From an uncultured Actinomycetota bacterium (GTDB lineage: Bacteria; Actinomycetota; Actinomycetes; Streptosporangiales; Streptosporangiaceae): a DNA stretch of 64,000 bases. The position numbers and the translations under genes were made by a program. The stretch covers positions 32,353 to 96,352 of the forward strand of contig CAWAFD010000004.1 of NCBI GenBank assembly GCA_963781225.1, in the 5' to 3' direction. Below are positions 8,465 to 17,655 of this stretch, piece by piece (position 1 is the first letter of the stretch; each line of letters begins with the position of its first letter). The notes under the pieces were generated by a model. That model worked only from the letters and a program-made list of their open reading frames with translations, had not been told where the DNA came from and ran no database searches.

Positions 8465-9454
8465 GTGTTCCTGCACGGCCTGATGATGGACAGCTCGCTG
8501 TGGCGCCGTGTAGTGCCTGCCCTGAGCCCGGACTACCGGTGCGTGCTGCCAACCCTGCCGCTGGGCGGCCACCGCCGGGCGATGCGGCCCGAGGCGGACC
8601 TGTCGCTGCCGGGAATGGCCCTGGTTGTGGCCGAGTTCATCGACCGGGTCGGCCTGACCGACGTGACCCTGGTGCAAAACGACTGGGGCGGCGCGCAGAT
8701 CCTTATCGCGGTCGGCGATACCAGCCGCATCGGGCGCCTGATCATCACCTCCAGCGAGGCGTTCGGCAACTATCCGCCCCGCCCCGCTCGGGTGATCGTG
8801 CTCGCGGCCAGGATTCCCGGCGGCCTGGCGGCCCTGATGACGCTCCTACGGCTACGCGCCGTCCGCCGGGCACCCGGCTCATGGGGGTGGATGAGCAAGC
8901 GCCCGGTGCCCGGGGCTGTGATGGACGCCTGGTTCCAGCCAGCGACCACCGACCCCGCGATCCGCCGTGACCTGGCTAAGTACGTAACCTCTGTGCCGTC
9001 CCGGCGGGTCCTGCTGGACTGGGCCGGGCGCAGCGCCGGGTTCAGGCGGCCAGTGCTCGTGGCATGGGCAACGGAGGACCGCATGATGCCCCGTCAGCAC
9101 GGCCGCCGGCTCGCGGAGCTGTTCCCCGACGCGCGGCTCGTCGAGATCGACGACAGCTACACCCTCATCCCTGAAGACCAGCCTGAGCAGCTCACCCGCG
9201 CCATCCAGGACTTCGTTCCCGCGAGCACGCCGCCATCGGGCCTGCCCGAAGGCCCGCCCGGCATAGTGCACCCATGTCGCCAGCATCTGACGCGGGCCGC
9301 CAGGGTCGCGGTGCCGAGCAGGTCCCGGCGGACAACGATGCCTAATCCTGATCCCAGCCGGGCCGGACCAGGCCGGCCTGGTAGGCGAACACAACCAGCT
9401 GGGCCCGGTCCCTGGCGCCGACTTTGGTCATCGCCCGGGCTGCGTGGGTCTTAG
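8465..9454 (+). CDS. Alpha/beta hydrolase (probable N-terminal frame disruption and doubtful 3-prime extension)
   Basis: FLHGLMMDSSLW...QNDWGG. The expected first strand MPEVELTGGIVEYEDTGGRG starts at the ATG at 8397 in another frame and would join PVLVFLHG with a 1-nt indel near 8448-8460. The last ~75 aa overlap the convergent response regulator by 113 nt. Confidence 0.7.
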   Translation: MFLHGLMMDSSLWRRVVPALSPDYRCVLPTLPLGGHRRAMRPEADLSLPGMALVVAEFIDRVGLTDVTLVQNDWGGAQILIAVGDTSRIGRLIITSSEAFGNYPPRPARVIVLAARIPGGLAALMTLLRLRAVRRAPGSWGWMSKRPVPGAVMDAWFQPATTDPAIRRDLAKYVTSVPSRRVLLDWAGRSAGFRRPVLVAWATEDRMMPRQHGRRLAELFPDARLVEIDDSYTLIPEDQPEQLTRAIQDFVPASTPPSGLPEGPPGIVHPCRQHLTRAARVAVPSRSRRTTMPNPDPSRAGPGRPGRRTQPAGPGPWRRLWSSPGLRGS

Positions 9455-10010
9455 CCGTCGACGGGCTGATGTAGATCTTCCTGGCGATCTCCTCGTTGGA
9501 CAGCCCCAGCGCGATGAGCACCACCACCTCGCGCTCCCGCGGGGTCAGCTCGTCCAGGCCTGGCAGGCTGCGGGTGTGCCGGGTGCGGGAGGCGAACTCG
9601 GCGATCAGCCGTCTGGTGACCGTGGGGGCCAGCAGCGCCGCTCCGCCGGCTACCACCCGCACCGCGCGGATCAGCTCGGCGGCGTCGGTGTCCTTGACCA
9701 GAAACCCGGCCGCCCCGGCCCGCAGTCCCTCGAAGACGTACTCGTCCACCTCGAAGGTGGTCAAGATGACGACGTGCACGCCGCACAGCTCCGGTCGCGT
9801 GGCGATCCGGCGGGTCGCCTCGATGCCATCGAGTACCGGCATCCGGATGTCCATCAGCAGGACGTCCGGCGCCCGCCGCTCGGCCAGGTACACGGCCTGC
9901 TGGCCGTCGGCGGCCTCGCCCACCACCTCGATGTCGTCCTCGGCGTCGAGCAGGGCGGCGAACCCGGCCCGGACGAGTTCCTGGTCATCGGCCAGCCCGA
10001 CCCGGATCAT
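9342..10010 (-). CDS. LuxR/NarL-family response regulator
   Basis: Receiver domain (MIRVGLADDQELVR...DVLLMDIRMP) plus a LuxR HTH (LTPREREVVVLIALGLSNEEIARKIYISPSTAKTH). The ATG overlaps the kinase stop (ATGA). Confidence 0.9.
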   Translation of the reverse strand: MIRVGLADDQELVRAGFAALLDAEDDIEVVGEAADGQQAVYLAERRAPDVLLMDIRMPVLDGIEATRRIATRPELCGVHVVILTTFEVDEYVFEGLRAGAAGFLVKDTDAAELIRAVRVVAGGAALLAPTVTRRLIAEFASRTRHTRSLPGLDELTPREREVVVLIALGLSNEEIARKIYISPSTAKTHAARAMTKVGARDRAQLVVFAYQAGLVRPGWDQD

Positions 10011-11197
10011 GGCCCGCTCCTGTCTAGCGGCAGCCACGCCCGGACCCCGAAGCCGCCGTCCGGCCGCGGCCCCGCGTGCAGCGTGCCGCCGAGAACCTTG
10101 GCCCGCTCGGTCATGCCTGCGATCCCGTGGCCCGAACCGGAACCGGAACCGGAACCGGAACCGCCGGGCCGTCGCCCCTTCCCGTTGTCTGTCACCTCGA
10201 CCACCAGGCCGCCGTTGCGCTCGCCGATCCGTACCGTGGCCGAGCTTCCCCCGGAGTGCCTGGCGCTGTTCGTGAGGGCCTCCTGGATGATCCGGTACGC
10301 GGCCAGGTCCACTTCGGCGGGCAGCGCCGCCGGCCCGTCTGGCGGCTCCACGTGCGCGATGAGCCCGGCGGCGGCCGCGCTGTCCACCAGATCGCCGAGG
10401 TGCGCCAGGCCCGGGCTCGGTGAGCGCGGCGCGCTCTCGTCGACGTCGCGCAGCACCCCCAGCACCGAACGCAGCTCCACCAGCGCCTGCTTACTCACCT
10501 CGTTGATCGTGGTCAGCGCCAGCCGGGCGCGTTCTGGCTGCCGGTCCATCAGATGCAGGGCCGTGTTGGCCTGGACGTTAATGACCGAGATGTTGTGCGC
10601 GACGACATCGTGCAGGTCCCGGGCCATTTTCATGCGTTCCTCCCCGGCCAGCCGCCGGAGCTCTTCGGCCCGGCTCCGGGCCACCGCGGCGGTCCGCTGG
10701 TTCCGGATCCTGATCAGCTCGGCCGCGCTCAGCAGGAAGATCAGCCCGGCCGCCAGCCCGACCGCGAACACCGCAGACGGATGCCCGCTTTCGCCGATCA
10801 GGGCAGGCCACACCGAGGCGGCATAGCCGATGACCAGGGAAGCGATCGCGGCTATCCGCTTCTTCGCCAGCACCGCGGTGAAGAAGGCCACGATGAGCGC
10901 GAGGTAGATCGCGCGCGCGTTCTGCCCGGCCGCCCACAAGGTGGTGACCAGGGTGACAGCCAGCACGCCGACCGGGTAGCGGCGGCGCAGGATCAGGGCC
11001 GCTCCGCCCACCGCAAGCAGCACGTAGGACAGGGTTCCGACCCGGGTGGCGCCGCCGTGCCGGGATGAGTCCGCGTAGGTGGCGCCGAGCTGCGCGGCGG
11101 TCACCGCCGCTGCTATCGCGACGTCGACCGCCCAGCGCCGCGCGGCGCCGGTGCGCGCAGCGGCCCCGGGTCCCGGCCGGTCAGTGGTGGTCATCAT
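10007..11197 (-). CDS. Sensor histidine kinase (HisKA_3 / NarX-DesK type)
   Basis: N-terminal TM helices, the H-box MARDLHDVVAHNISVI, and an HATPase region (TNSARHS...DNGKG...GHGIAGMTERA). Confidence 0.9.
   Translation of the reverse strand: MMTTTDRPGPGAAARTGAARRWAVDVAIAAAVTAAQLGATYADSSRHGGATRVGTLSYVLLAVGGAALILRRRYPVGVLAVTLVTTLWAAGQNARAIYLALIVAFFTAVLAKKRIAAIASLVIGYAASVWPALIGESGHPSAVFAVGLAAGLIFLLSAAELIRIRNQRTAAVARSRAEELRRLAGEERMKMARDLHDVVAHNISVINVQANTALHLMDRQPERARLALTTINEVSKQALVELRSVLGVLRDVDESAPRSPSPGLAHLGDLVDSAAAAGLIAHVEPPDGPAALPAEVDLAAYRIIQEALTNSARHSGGSSATVRIGERNGGLVVEVTDNGKGRRPGGSGSGSGSGSGHGIAGMTERAKVLGGTLHAGPRPDGGFGVRAWLPLDRSGP
10134..10163. repeat. Perfect hexanucleotide repeat (GAACCG)x5 inside the kinase gene
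   Basis: Encodes GSGSGSGSGS between DNGKGRRPG and GHGIAGM, the ATP-lid segment of the HATPase domain. Confidence 0.9.
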
Positions 11198-11437
11198 CGG
11201 CCACCACGCTACGCGTCCGGTCCCCGGGCTGGCATCGGCCCAGCGGCGACATCCTGACGGCCCCGGCTACCTCCGGCGGCGCACCGCGAGACCCGCGCGC
11301 TACCACGCACGACGACTCCGGACGGCCCGCTCGGCCGACGACACGGCGTGGCCCGCCGGGCACGCTGGAAAACGCAAGCGACCAGCCGGGCGGCACGAGG
11401 GCTCGCCCGGACCGCGGACGCTGCGGAAGGAGAGATC

Positions 11438-12163
11438 ATGGCGGTGATCGAGGTACGCGACCTGACCAAGCGGTTCGGCCAGGTGCTGGCGGTCGACCAG
11501 CTGAGCTTTGACGTCGAGCGCGGCACCGTGACCGGTTTCCTCGGCTCGAACGGGGCAGGGAAGACAACCACACTGCGGATGCTGCTCGGCCTGGTACGGC
11601 CCGATGCCGGCGCGGCCACCATCAACGGGCGGCCCTACCGGGACCTGGAAGAGCCCCTGCATCAGGTGGGCGCGGTGCTGGAGGCATCCAGCTTTCATCC
11701 GGGCCGGACGGCCCGTAACCATTTGCGCGTGCAGGCCATGGCCGGTCAGGCGGACCCGTCACGGATCGACGACGTGCTCGATCTCGTCGAGCTCACCGGT
11801 GCGGCCGACCGGCGGATCGGCGGGTTCTCGCTCGGGATGCGCCAGCGCCTCGGCCTGGCCACCGCGCTGCTCACCGACCCGGAACTGCTGATCCTGGACG
11901 AGCCGGCCAACGGCCTTGACCCCGAGGGGGTCCGCTGGCTGCGGGACCTGCTGCGTGGCCTGGCCGCCGAGGGCGCCACCGTGCTGGTGTCCAGTCACCT
12001 CCTCGCAGAGGTCGCCCAGACGGTCGATGCTGTGCTGATCCTCGACCACGGCCACCTGGTCACCCAGTCCTCGCTCGCCGAGCTGACCGCGGGCAGGACC
12101 CTGGAGGAGGCCTTCCTCGAGCTCACCTCGGGCTCCCATCCGATTCAGGAGGTAACGCGATGA
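11438..12163 (+). CDS. ABC transporter ATP-binding protein
   Basis: MAVIEVRDLTKRFG, Walker A GSNGAGKTT, signature FSLGMRQR, Walker B LILDEP. RBS ggaaggagag lies upstream of the ATG at 11438. Paralog of 1689..2414. Confidence 0.9.
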   Translation: MAVIEVRDLTKRFGQVLAVDQLSFDVERGTVTGFLGSNGAGKTTTLRMLLGLVRPDAGAATINGRPYRDLEEPLHQVGAVLEASSFHPGRTARNHLRVQAMAGQADPSRIDDVLDLVELTGAADRRIGGFSLGMRQRLGLATALLTDPELLILDEPANGLDPEGVRWLRDLLRGLAAEGATVLVSSHLLAEVAQTVDAVLILDHGHLVTQSSLAELTAGRTLEEAFLELTSGSHPIQEVTR

Positions 12164-12945
12164 TCCGGCTCGTTCGTGTCGAACTGCTCAAGCTCCGCAC
12201 CACCCGGCTGACCTACGGCCTGCTCGCCACCGCCGCCACGCTGACGGGGGTGTTCGCCGTGATCGAGGCGGTCAGGGCCGGCACCGACGGCGGACCTGCC
12301 CCGCTGTCCACCGCCTCCGGCCTCAACTCCGTGATCACCGCCGGGATCTGGGCCCTGGTGCTGGCCACGGTCATGGGGGTGACGGTCTCCAGCGGCGAGT
12401 TCCGCCACGGCACGGCCACGCTGACTTATCTGGCCGCGCCACACCGGGGGCGGGTGCTCACCGCTAAGGCGGTCGCGGGCGCCTGCGCTGGGGCCGTGTT
12501 CGGCCTGGCCGGATACGTCATGGCTCTCGGCGTCGGCCTGAGCTTCGTCGCCGCCCGTGGGTACCACGTGACCATCGGGGACGCCACGTTGGTCCGGTAT
12601 GCGATCGGCCACGTCGTCGGCACGGCTCTGCTGGCCGCGATCGGCGTCGGCATCGGGTCCCTGATCCGGTCCCAGCTGGCCGGGGTCATCGGTGTTTTCG
12701 CCTGGACGATCGTGATCGAATCGATTCTCGGCGGCCTGTTCACCTCCATCCGCCCCTACCTGCCCTACACGGCGGCGTCGACCCTGTCGGGTACGTCGCC
12801 GGGCGGTTCGGCGTTCGGACCCGCCCACGGCCTGGCCGGCCCCAGCGCGCTGCCGTTCGCGGCGGCCACGGCCCTGCTCGCGGGCCTGGCCATCGTGTTC
12901 TGCGCGGTGGCCGCCCGTACGACGGTGGTGCGGGATGTCGCCTGA
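12160..12945 (+). CDS. ABC-2 type transporter permease
   Basis: 261 aa multi-TM protein with an ATGA overlap onto the ATPase. Paralog of 919..1692. Confidence 0.85.
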   Translation: MIRLVRVELLKLRTTRLTYGLLATAATLTGVFAVIEAVRAGTDGGPAPLSTASGLNSVITAGIWALVLATVMGVTVSSGEFRHGTATLTYLAAPHRGRVLTAKAVAGACAGAVFGLAGYVMALGVGLSFVAARGYHVTIGDATLVRYAIGHVVGTALLAAIGVGIGSLIRSQLAGVIGVFAWTIVIESILGGLFTSIRPYLPYTAASTLSGTSPGGSAFGPAHGLAGPSALPFAAATALLAGLAIVFCAVAARTTVVRDVA

Positions 12946-13528
12946 CCTCCGGACGGCCGCGGCGCCGGGCGGGCATGTCATCGAGAACCCGCTGAGCGGT
13001 GAGCGGATCACGATCGGGACACCGCGTGCCGACGGCAGCGTGCTCGACTGGGAGCTGGTACTCGCCCCCGGCGGGCGGGTGCCGAGCAGCCACGCCCATC
13101 CGCGGCAGGAGGAGTGCTTCACCGTGCTCGCCGGCCAGATGAGGTTCCGGGTCGGGCACCGGCGGGTGATCGCGGGCCCCGGGGACACCGTCCGGGTCCC
13201 GCCCGGCACGGTGCACCACTTCGCCAACGCCGGCCGCCAGCCGGCCTGCGTCGCGGTCCGGACCAGTCCGGCGCTGAGCATGCGGGAGCTGCTGGAAACC
13301 GCCGCGGCCATGGCCACCGAACAGCACGCGGCGGCGCGCAGGCTGCCGCGGCCGCTCGATCTCGCGCTGTTCATGCGCGACTTCGAGCGGGAAGTGCGGG
13401 CGCCGTATCTCCCGGCCGCGGTGGTCGGCGCCGTGATCCGCCCGCTGGCCTGGCTAGCCCGGCGGCGCGGTTCCGGCGCGCGCTACCGCAGGCTGCGCGA
13501 CCACGATGCCTGCCCGTCCGCGAGCTGA
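12935..13528 (+). CDS. Cupin domain protein
   Basis: Cupin motifs SSHAHPRQEECFTVLAG and GDTVRVPPGTVHHFAN. Confidence 0.7.
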   Translation: MSPDLRTAAAPGGHVIENPLSGERITIGTPRADGSVLDWELVLAPGGRVPSSHAHPRQEECFTVLAGQMRFRVGHRRVIAGPGDTVRVPPGTVHHFANAGRQPACVAVRTSPALSMRELLETAAAMATEQHAAARRLPRPLDLALFMRDFEREVRAPYLPAAVVGAVIRPLAWLARRRGSGARYRRLRDHDACPSAS

Positions 13529-13535
13529 CCATCCC

Positions 13536-14336
13536 ATGCTGGCGGTCGAGGTCGCGAACCTGGTCAAACGCTACCGGGGCGCCCGGCGCAACGCGGTCGA
13601 TGGCATCAGCTTCGAGGTGCCAGCCGGCCAGCTCTTCTGCCTGCTCGGGCCGAACGGCGCGGGTAAGACCACCACGGTGTCGATCCTCACCACCACCCTG
13701 GCCGCGACCTCGGGCCGGGTCCGGATCGCGAACCGGGACCTATCGGCCGACCAGGGCGGGGTCCGCCGGGACCTCGGCATCGTCTTCCAGCAGCCCTCGC
13801 TGGACCTCAACCTGACCGCCGAGGAGAACATCCGGCTGCACGCGGTGCTCTACGGGATCTATCCGTGGCGGCCGATGTACCGGAGGATGCCGCCCGGGTA
13901 CCGCCGCCAGGTCCAGGAGGTGGCTGGCGTCCTGGACCTGTCCGACATCCTGGGACAGCGGGCCCGGGCCTTGTCCGGCGGCATGCGGCGCAGGCTGGAA
14001 ATCGTCCGGGCTCTGATGCACCGGCCCGTGGTGCTGTTCCTGGACGAGCCCACCGCGGGCCTGGACCCGGAGAGCCGGCGCAGCCTGTGGGCGTACCTGC
14101 GCCAGGCCCGGGCCACGTCCGGGACCACGGTGTTCCTGACCACGCATTACCTGGAGGAAGCGGAGGCGGCCGACGCGGTGTGCGTCCTGGCCGGCGGCCG
14201 GATCATCGAGCGTGGCAGCCCGGCCCAGGTCAAGGCCCGTCAGCAGAGCACCACGCTGGAGGACGCCTATCTGCGGCTGCTGGCCCAGTCCAGGTCCGGC
14301 GCGGCGGCCGTGTCTGGACCCCCGGCCGCGCCGTGA
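13536..14336 (+). CDS. ABC transporter ATP-binding protein (DrrA-like)
   Basis: MLAVEVANLVKRY, Walker A GPNGAGKTT, signature LSGGMRRR, Walker B LFLDEP. An alternative ATG lies at 13506. Confidence 0.85.
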   Translation: MLAVEVANLVKRYRGARRNAVDGISFEVPAGQLFCLLGPNGAGKTTTVSILTTTLAATSGRVRIANRDLSADQGGVRRDLGIVFQQPSLDLNLTAEENIRLHAVLYGIYPWRPMYRRMPPGYRRQVQEVAGVLDLSDILGQRARALSGGMRRRLEIVRALMHRPVVLFLDEPTAGLDPESRRSLWAYLRQARATSGTTVFLTTHYLEEAEAADAVCVLAGGRIIERGSPAQVKARQQSTTLEDAYLRLLAQSRSGAAAVSGPPAAP

Positions 14337-15160
14337 GGACCCGGCCGGGCGCAGGCTCCGCCGGGGCGCAGGCGGCCTGGTCGCATCGGCTGTCCGGGCT
14401 GGCCATCATCGCCCAGCGCGACGTGATCAAACTGCTGCGCGACCGGCCGCGGCTCGCGGTCAACCTGGCGTTCCCCATCCTGCTCATCGGCGGCCTCGGC
14501 AGCATCCTGCAGCCCACCGTGGGCCGGGTCACCGGGCTGAACGCGGTAACGCTGGCGTTTACCGGGGTGCTCGCGGCCAGCCTGTTCCAGTCCGCGGCGG
14601 CGGGCATGATCTCGATCGTCGAGGACCGGGAGAACGATTTTTCCCGGGAGCTTTTCGTGACCCCGGTGGCCCGGCTGACGCTGGTTGCCGGGAAGGTGGC
14701 GGGGGAAACTCTGGTGGCGTTCTGCCAGGGGATCTTCATCACGCTGGCCGCGGTGGCGTTCGGGGTCCGGATGTCACCGGGCCAGCTGGCCATGCTGCTG
14801 GCGCCCGCGCTGGCCTGCTGCCTGCTCGGCGGCGCGTTCGGGCTCGCCACCATCGCGGCGCTGCCCAACCAGCGCTCGGCGATGCAGATCTTCCAGTTCC
14901 TGATCATCCCGCAGTACGTGCTCGGCGGTGTCCTGGTGCCGCTGCACGGGCAGTCGGCCTTTATTGGGGTCGTGAGCTGGCTCATGCCACTGCGTTACGC
15001 GGTCGAGCTGAGCCGGGCGGCGTTCTACGCGGGCACCCCGGGCTACAGCCAGGTGGTGACGGTGGGCCCGGTGCTCGACGTGGCGGTCATCGCCGGGCTG
15101 ACTGCGGTCTTTATGATTATGGGCGTGCTGGTCTTCGGCTACCGGGAACGGACCCGCTGA
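14333..15160 (+). CDS. ABC-2 type transporter permease (DrrB-like)
   Basis: The GTG at 14333 overlaps the ATPase stop (GTGA). Multi-TM protein (LAIIAQRDVIKLLRDRPRLAVNLAFPILLIGGLG). The longer 13865 ORF start lies inside the ATPase gene. Confidence 0.8.
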   Translation: MRTRPGAGSAGAQAAWSHRLSGLAIIAQRDVIKLLRDRPRLAVNLAFPILLIGGLGSILQPTVGRVTGLNAVTLAFTGVLAASLFQSAAAGMISIVEDRENDFSRELFVTPVARLTLVAGKVAGETLVAFCQGIFITLAAVAFGVRMSPGQLAMLLAPALACCLLGGAFGLATIAALPNQRSAMQIFQFLIIPQYVLGGVLVPLHGQSAFIGVVSWLMPLRYAVELSRAAFYAGTPGYSQVVTVGPVLDVAVIAGLTAVFMIMGVLVFGYRERTR

Positions 15161-15162
15161 TC

Positions 15163-16395
15163 TCAGCCGCATTCCAGAACGCGCGCGAAGGCCTGCAGGT
15201 AGCGCGGGTCACCCTGCTGCTCGCGCAGCAACCAGTACTCGGCGCCCCAGAACAGGTACGCGTCCAGCGCGCGCGGCCCGGCGGCGTTCCACCGCATGCA
15301 CTGGTTGTAGTTCCCGATCATGTGCTCGGGCAGGCAGCTGTACATCGCCCGGTGCTGCGGGCTGGGCGGCGTGGTGACCGCTTCCCAGGGCTCCGCCTGG
15401 CCCTCGATGATCATGAGCCGCGGGCCGCTCGCGGCGGCCGAGCGCAGCAGCTCGCGCCGCCGCCGCAGGGCGCCGATGTGGCCGGCCAGGTAGACGGTCC
15501 AGCCGGCCCCCGCCACGAGCGCGTGCCGCGGGTAGAAATCGACCCCCACGATGTCGGCCAGCTGCTGCGCCACCACCAGCGAATCGCCCTGGTCCCGGGT
15601 GCGCCACCACTGCTGCAGCCGCACCGGGGCCGACGTCGGCAGGAAGCCGTTCATCAGCACCGGCCGGGTCGGGTCGGCCGCGCGGACCGCCTCGACCTCG
15701 CGCCGCACGAAGGCGGCCGACAGCCGCCAGGAGTGTTCCATGCCAAGCGGGTCCACGGCGTCGTGCTCGACCTGCCAGGCCACGATCGCCTGCCGGTCGC
15801 GGTAACGCTCCACCAGGCGGGCCACAAAGGCCGCGCCCGCATCCAGCAGCGCGGCGTGCGCTGCGGGCTCGACCAGGGCGCCCTCGCGCAGCGGCTCGGG
15901 CAGGTGGTGGCCGGGCACGAAGAACTCTGGGTAGCCGAACGTCTTCACCGGGCCGACGCAGAGGATGATCTGCTTGCCGGCCTGCTCGGCGAGCTCGATC
16001 TGCCGGTCGAGCTCGCCGATATCGAAGCGCCCGGGGCCGCTTTCGATGCGGTTCCAGTAGGCGCCCAGCCGGATGAGCGCGAACGGGTAGTCGAGCAGCG
16101 TGGCCAGCGTGGCCAGCGGATCGAGCCCGAGCTCCTGCGCCTGCAGGGGCCGGAAACTGATCCCGATCCGGACCTGGCCGCGCGGCTCGACCGGCACCTG
16201 CTGCCAGCGGTCGGTGAGTGGCCGCGCGGCGCGCGCCACCCGGACCTGCGACGCGGCCCCGGCCAGGATCCCCGCCCCGGCCAGAATCCCCGCCCCGGCC
16301 AGAGCGCGCCGGCCCACCCCGGCCATCCGCGCGGCCTGGCGCAACCCCCCGCGGTCATCACCCATGCGAGCTTGCCTCCATCTCGGTGCAGCCAA
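15163..16395 (-). CDS. Putative secreted glycoside hydrolase (TIM-barrel, clan GH-A-like) with a Tat-type signal
   Basis: Signal MAGVGRRALAGAGILAGAGILAGAAS. Candidate catalytic segments are VAWQVEHD and IIEGQAEPW. The likely start is internal, at 16365 or 16326. Confidence 0.5.
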   Translation of the reverse strand: MAAPRWRQARMGDDRGGLRQAARMAGVGRRALAGAGILAGAGILAGAASQVRVARAARPLTDRWQQVPVEPRGQVRIGISFRPLQAQELGLDPLATLATLLDYPFALIRLGAYWNRIESGPGRFDIGELDRQIELAEQAGKQIILCVGPVKTFGYPEFFVPGHHLPEPLREGALVEPAAHAALLDAGAAFVARLVERYRDRQAIVAWQVEHDAVDPLGMEHSWRLSAAFVRREVEAVRAADPTRPVLMNGFLPTSAPVRLQQWWRTRDQGDSLVVAQQLADIVGVDFYPRHALVAGAGWTVYLAGHIGALRRRRELLRSAAASGPRLMIIEGQAEPWEAVTTPPSPQHRAMYSCLPEHMIGNYNQCMRWNAAGPRALDAYLFWGAEYWLLREQQGDPRYLQAFARVLECG

Positions 16396-17655
16396 CGTCG
16401 GACCATTCGGCGTCAGGCCGGCTGGCGTTGGTGAGGCCGGCCAGCAAGGCCGCCACGCGAGCGGCCGCGGCAGGCTGGCCGAGCCGGGCCGACGCGGTGC
16501 GCATCGCCGCTAGAGCCATGGGATCGCGGCGCAACTCGCCGAGCTCGCGGAGCAGCTGCCGTCGCCGCGGGGCGCATCGGCCGGCCCCGGCCCCGGTCAC
16601 GAAACGCGTATTGCCCCGCTCCTGGCCGGGCAGGTGCGAGGTCAGCAGGAGCGGCACGCCGCAGCAGGCCGCCTCGGCGATCGTGCCCGGCCCGGCCTTG
16701 GCGACGATTACGTCCGCGCAGCGCAGCCAGTCGGACATGTTGTCCACGAACCCCAGCACCGTCAGCCGTCCGCCGGCCTGGGCGGCCAGCCTGGTGAGCC
16801 GGCGCCGCAGCCGCAGGTTGCGGCCGCAGATGGCCACGAGCTGGATGTCACCGGACGACCCCACGATGGCGGCGGCCCGCCTGGCCATGCCACCTGCTCC
16901 CTCGCCGCCCCCGGTGAGCACGGCCAGGAACCGCCGCTCGCTGACCCCGAGCGAGCGGCGCAAAGCGGCCCGCTCGCTGTCGGGCAGCGGGCCTGTCCAG
17001 AAACCGGAGGTCACCGGCAGCCCGGTTTGGATGCACTGGTTCACGGCAAGGCCGCCCCGGCGGCCCGGCAGCCGTACGGCCGCGGTCGGCAGGGCCATCC
17101 GGTCCGTCCGCCCGGCCCGCCACGCCGCGTGTGAGTTGACCAGGTCGGTGATCACGGTCACCACCCGGAGTTCCCGGGATTGGCCCTGCCGGGCCCGGGC
17201 CGCCGCGCCGCCGGTCAGCGGATGGAACGACACGATGGCAGCGGGTTGATGCGCCGCCACCGCGTCGGCTACCGGATGGTCGGCCAGCGCCAGCAGCGTT
17301 CGCTGCAGCAGCCGCATAACGAAGCGCGAATCGCAGGCGTAGTAACGGCGCCCCAGGCCCACGGCGCGAGACGAGTCACCGGCCCGTACAGGCCGGATAC
17401 CCAGCGGAGCAGCCGCGAGGAGCCGCGCCCGGCGAGCGGGTCGCACAGCACGGGGTCGAACCGGCCCGGATACGCCTCCTCGAGCGCCTCGCTGACCGCC
17501 CGCGCCGCGCTGCGATGCCCCCCGCCGGTGTCGGCCAGCAAAAAGAGCAACGGCACCCGCCCCGCCCCGGCAGGAGCGCCGCGGTCCCGTGTCGCTATCC
17601 GGGCAGGCCACAGCTCAGCCGCCCCGCAAGCCGCCCGGGGATCGATCGCCACCAT
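16358..17655 (-). pseudogene. GT28 / MGDG-synthase-like glycosyltransferase, frame-disrupted
   Basis: The N-terminal domain (LFLLADTGGGHRSAARAVSEAL...YGPVTRLAPWAWGA) is in the 17269..17655 frame. The remainder (YYACDSRFVMRLL...VAKAGPGTIAEAACCGVPLL) is in the 16358..17611 frame. The junction lies at about 17343-17346, where one extra T (gtt tac tac) would restore the frame. Confidence 0.7.
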
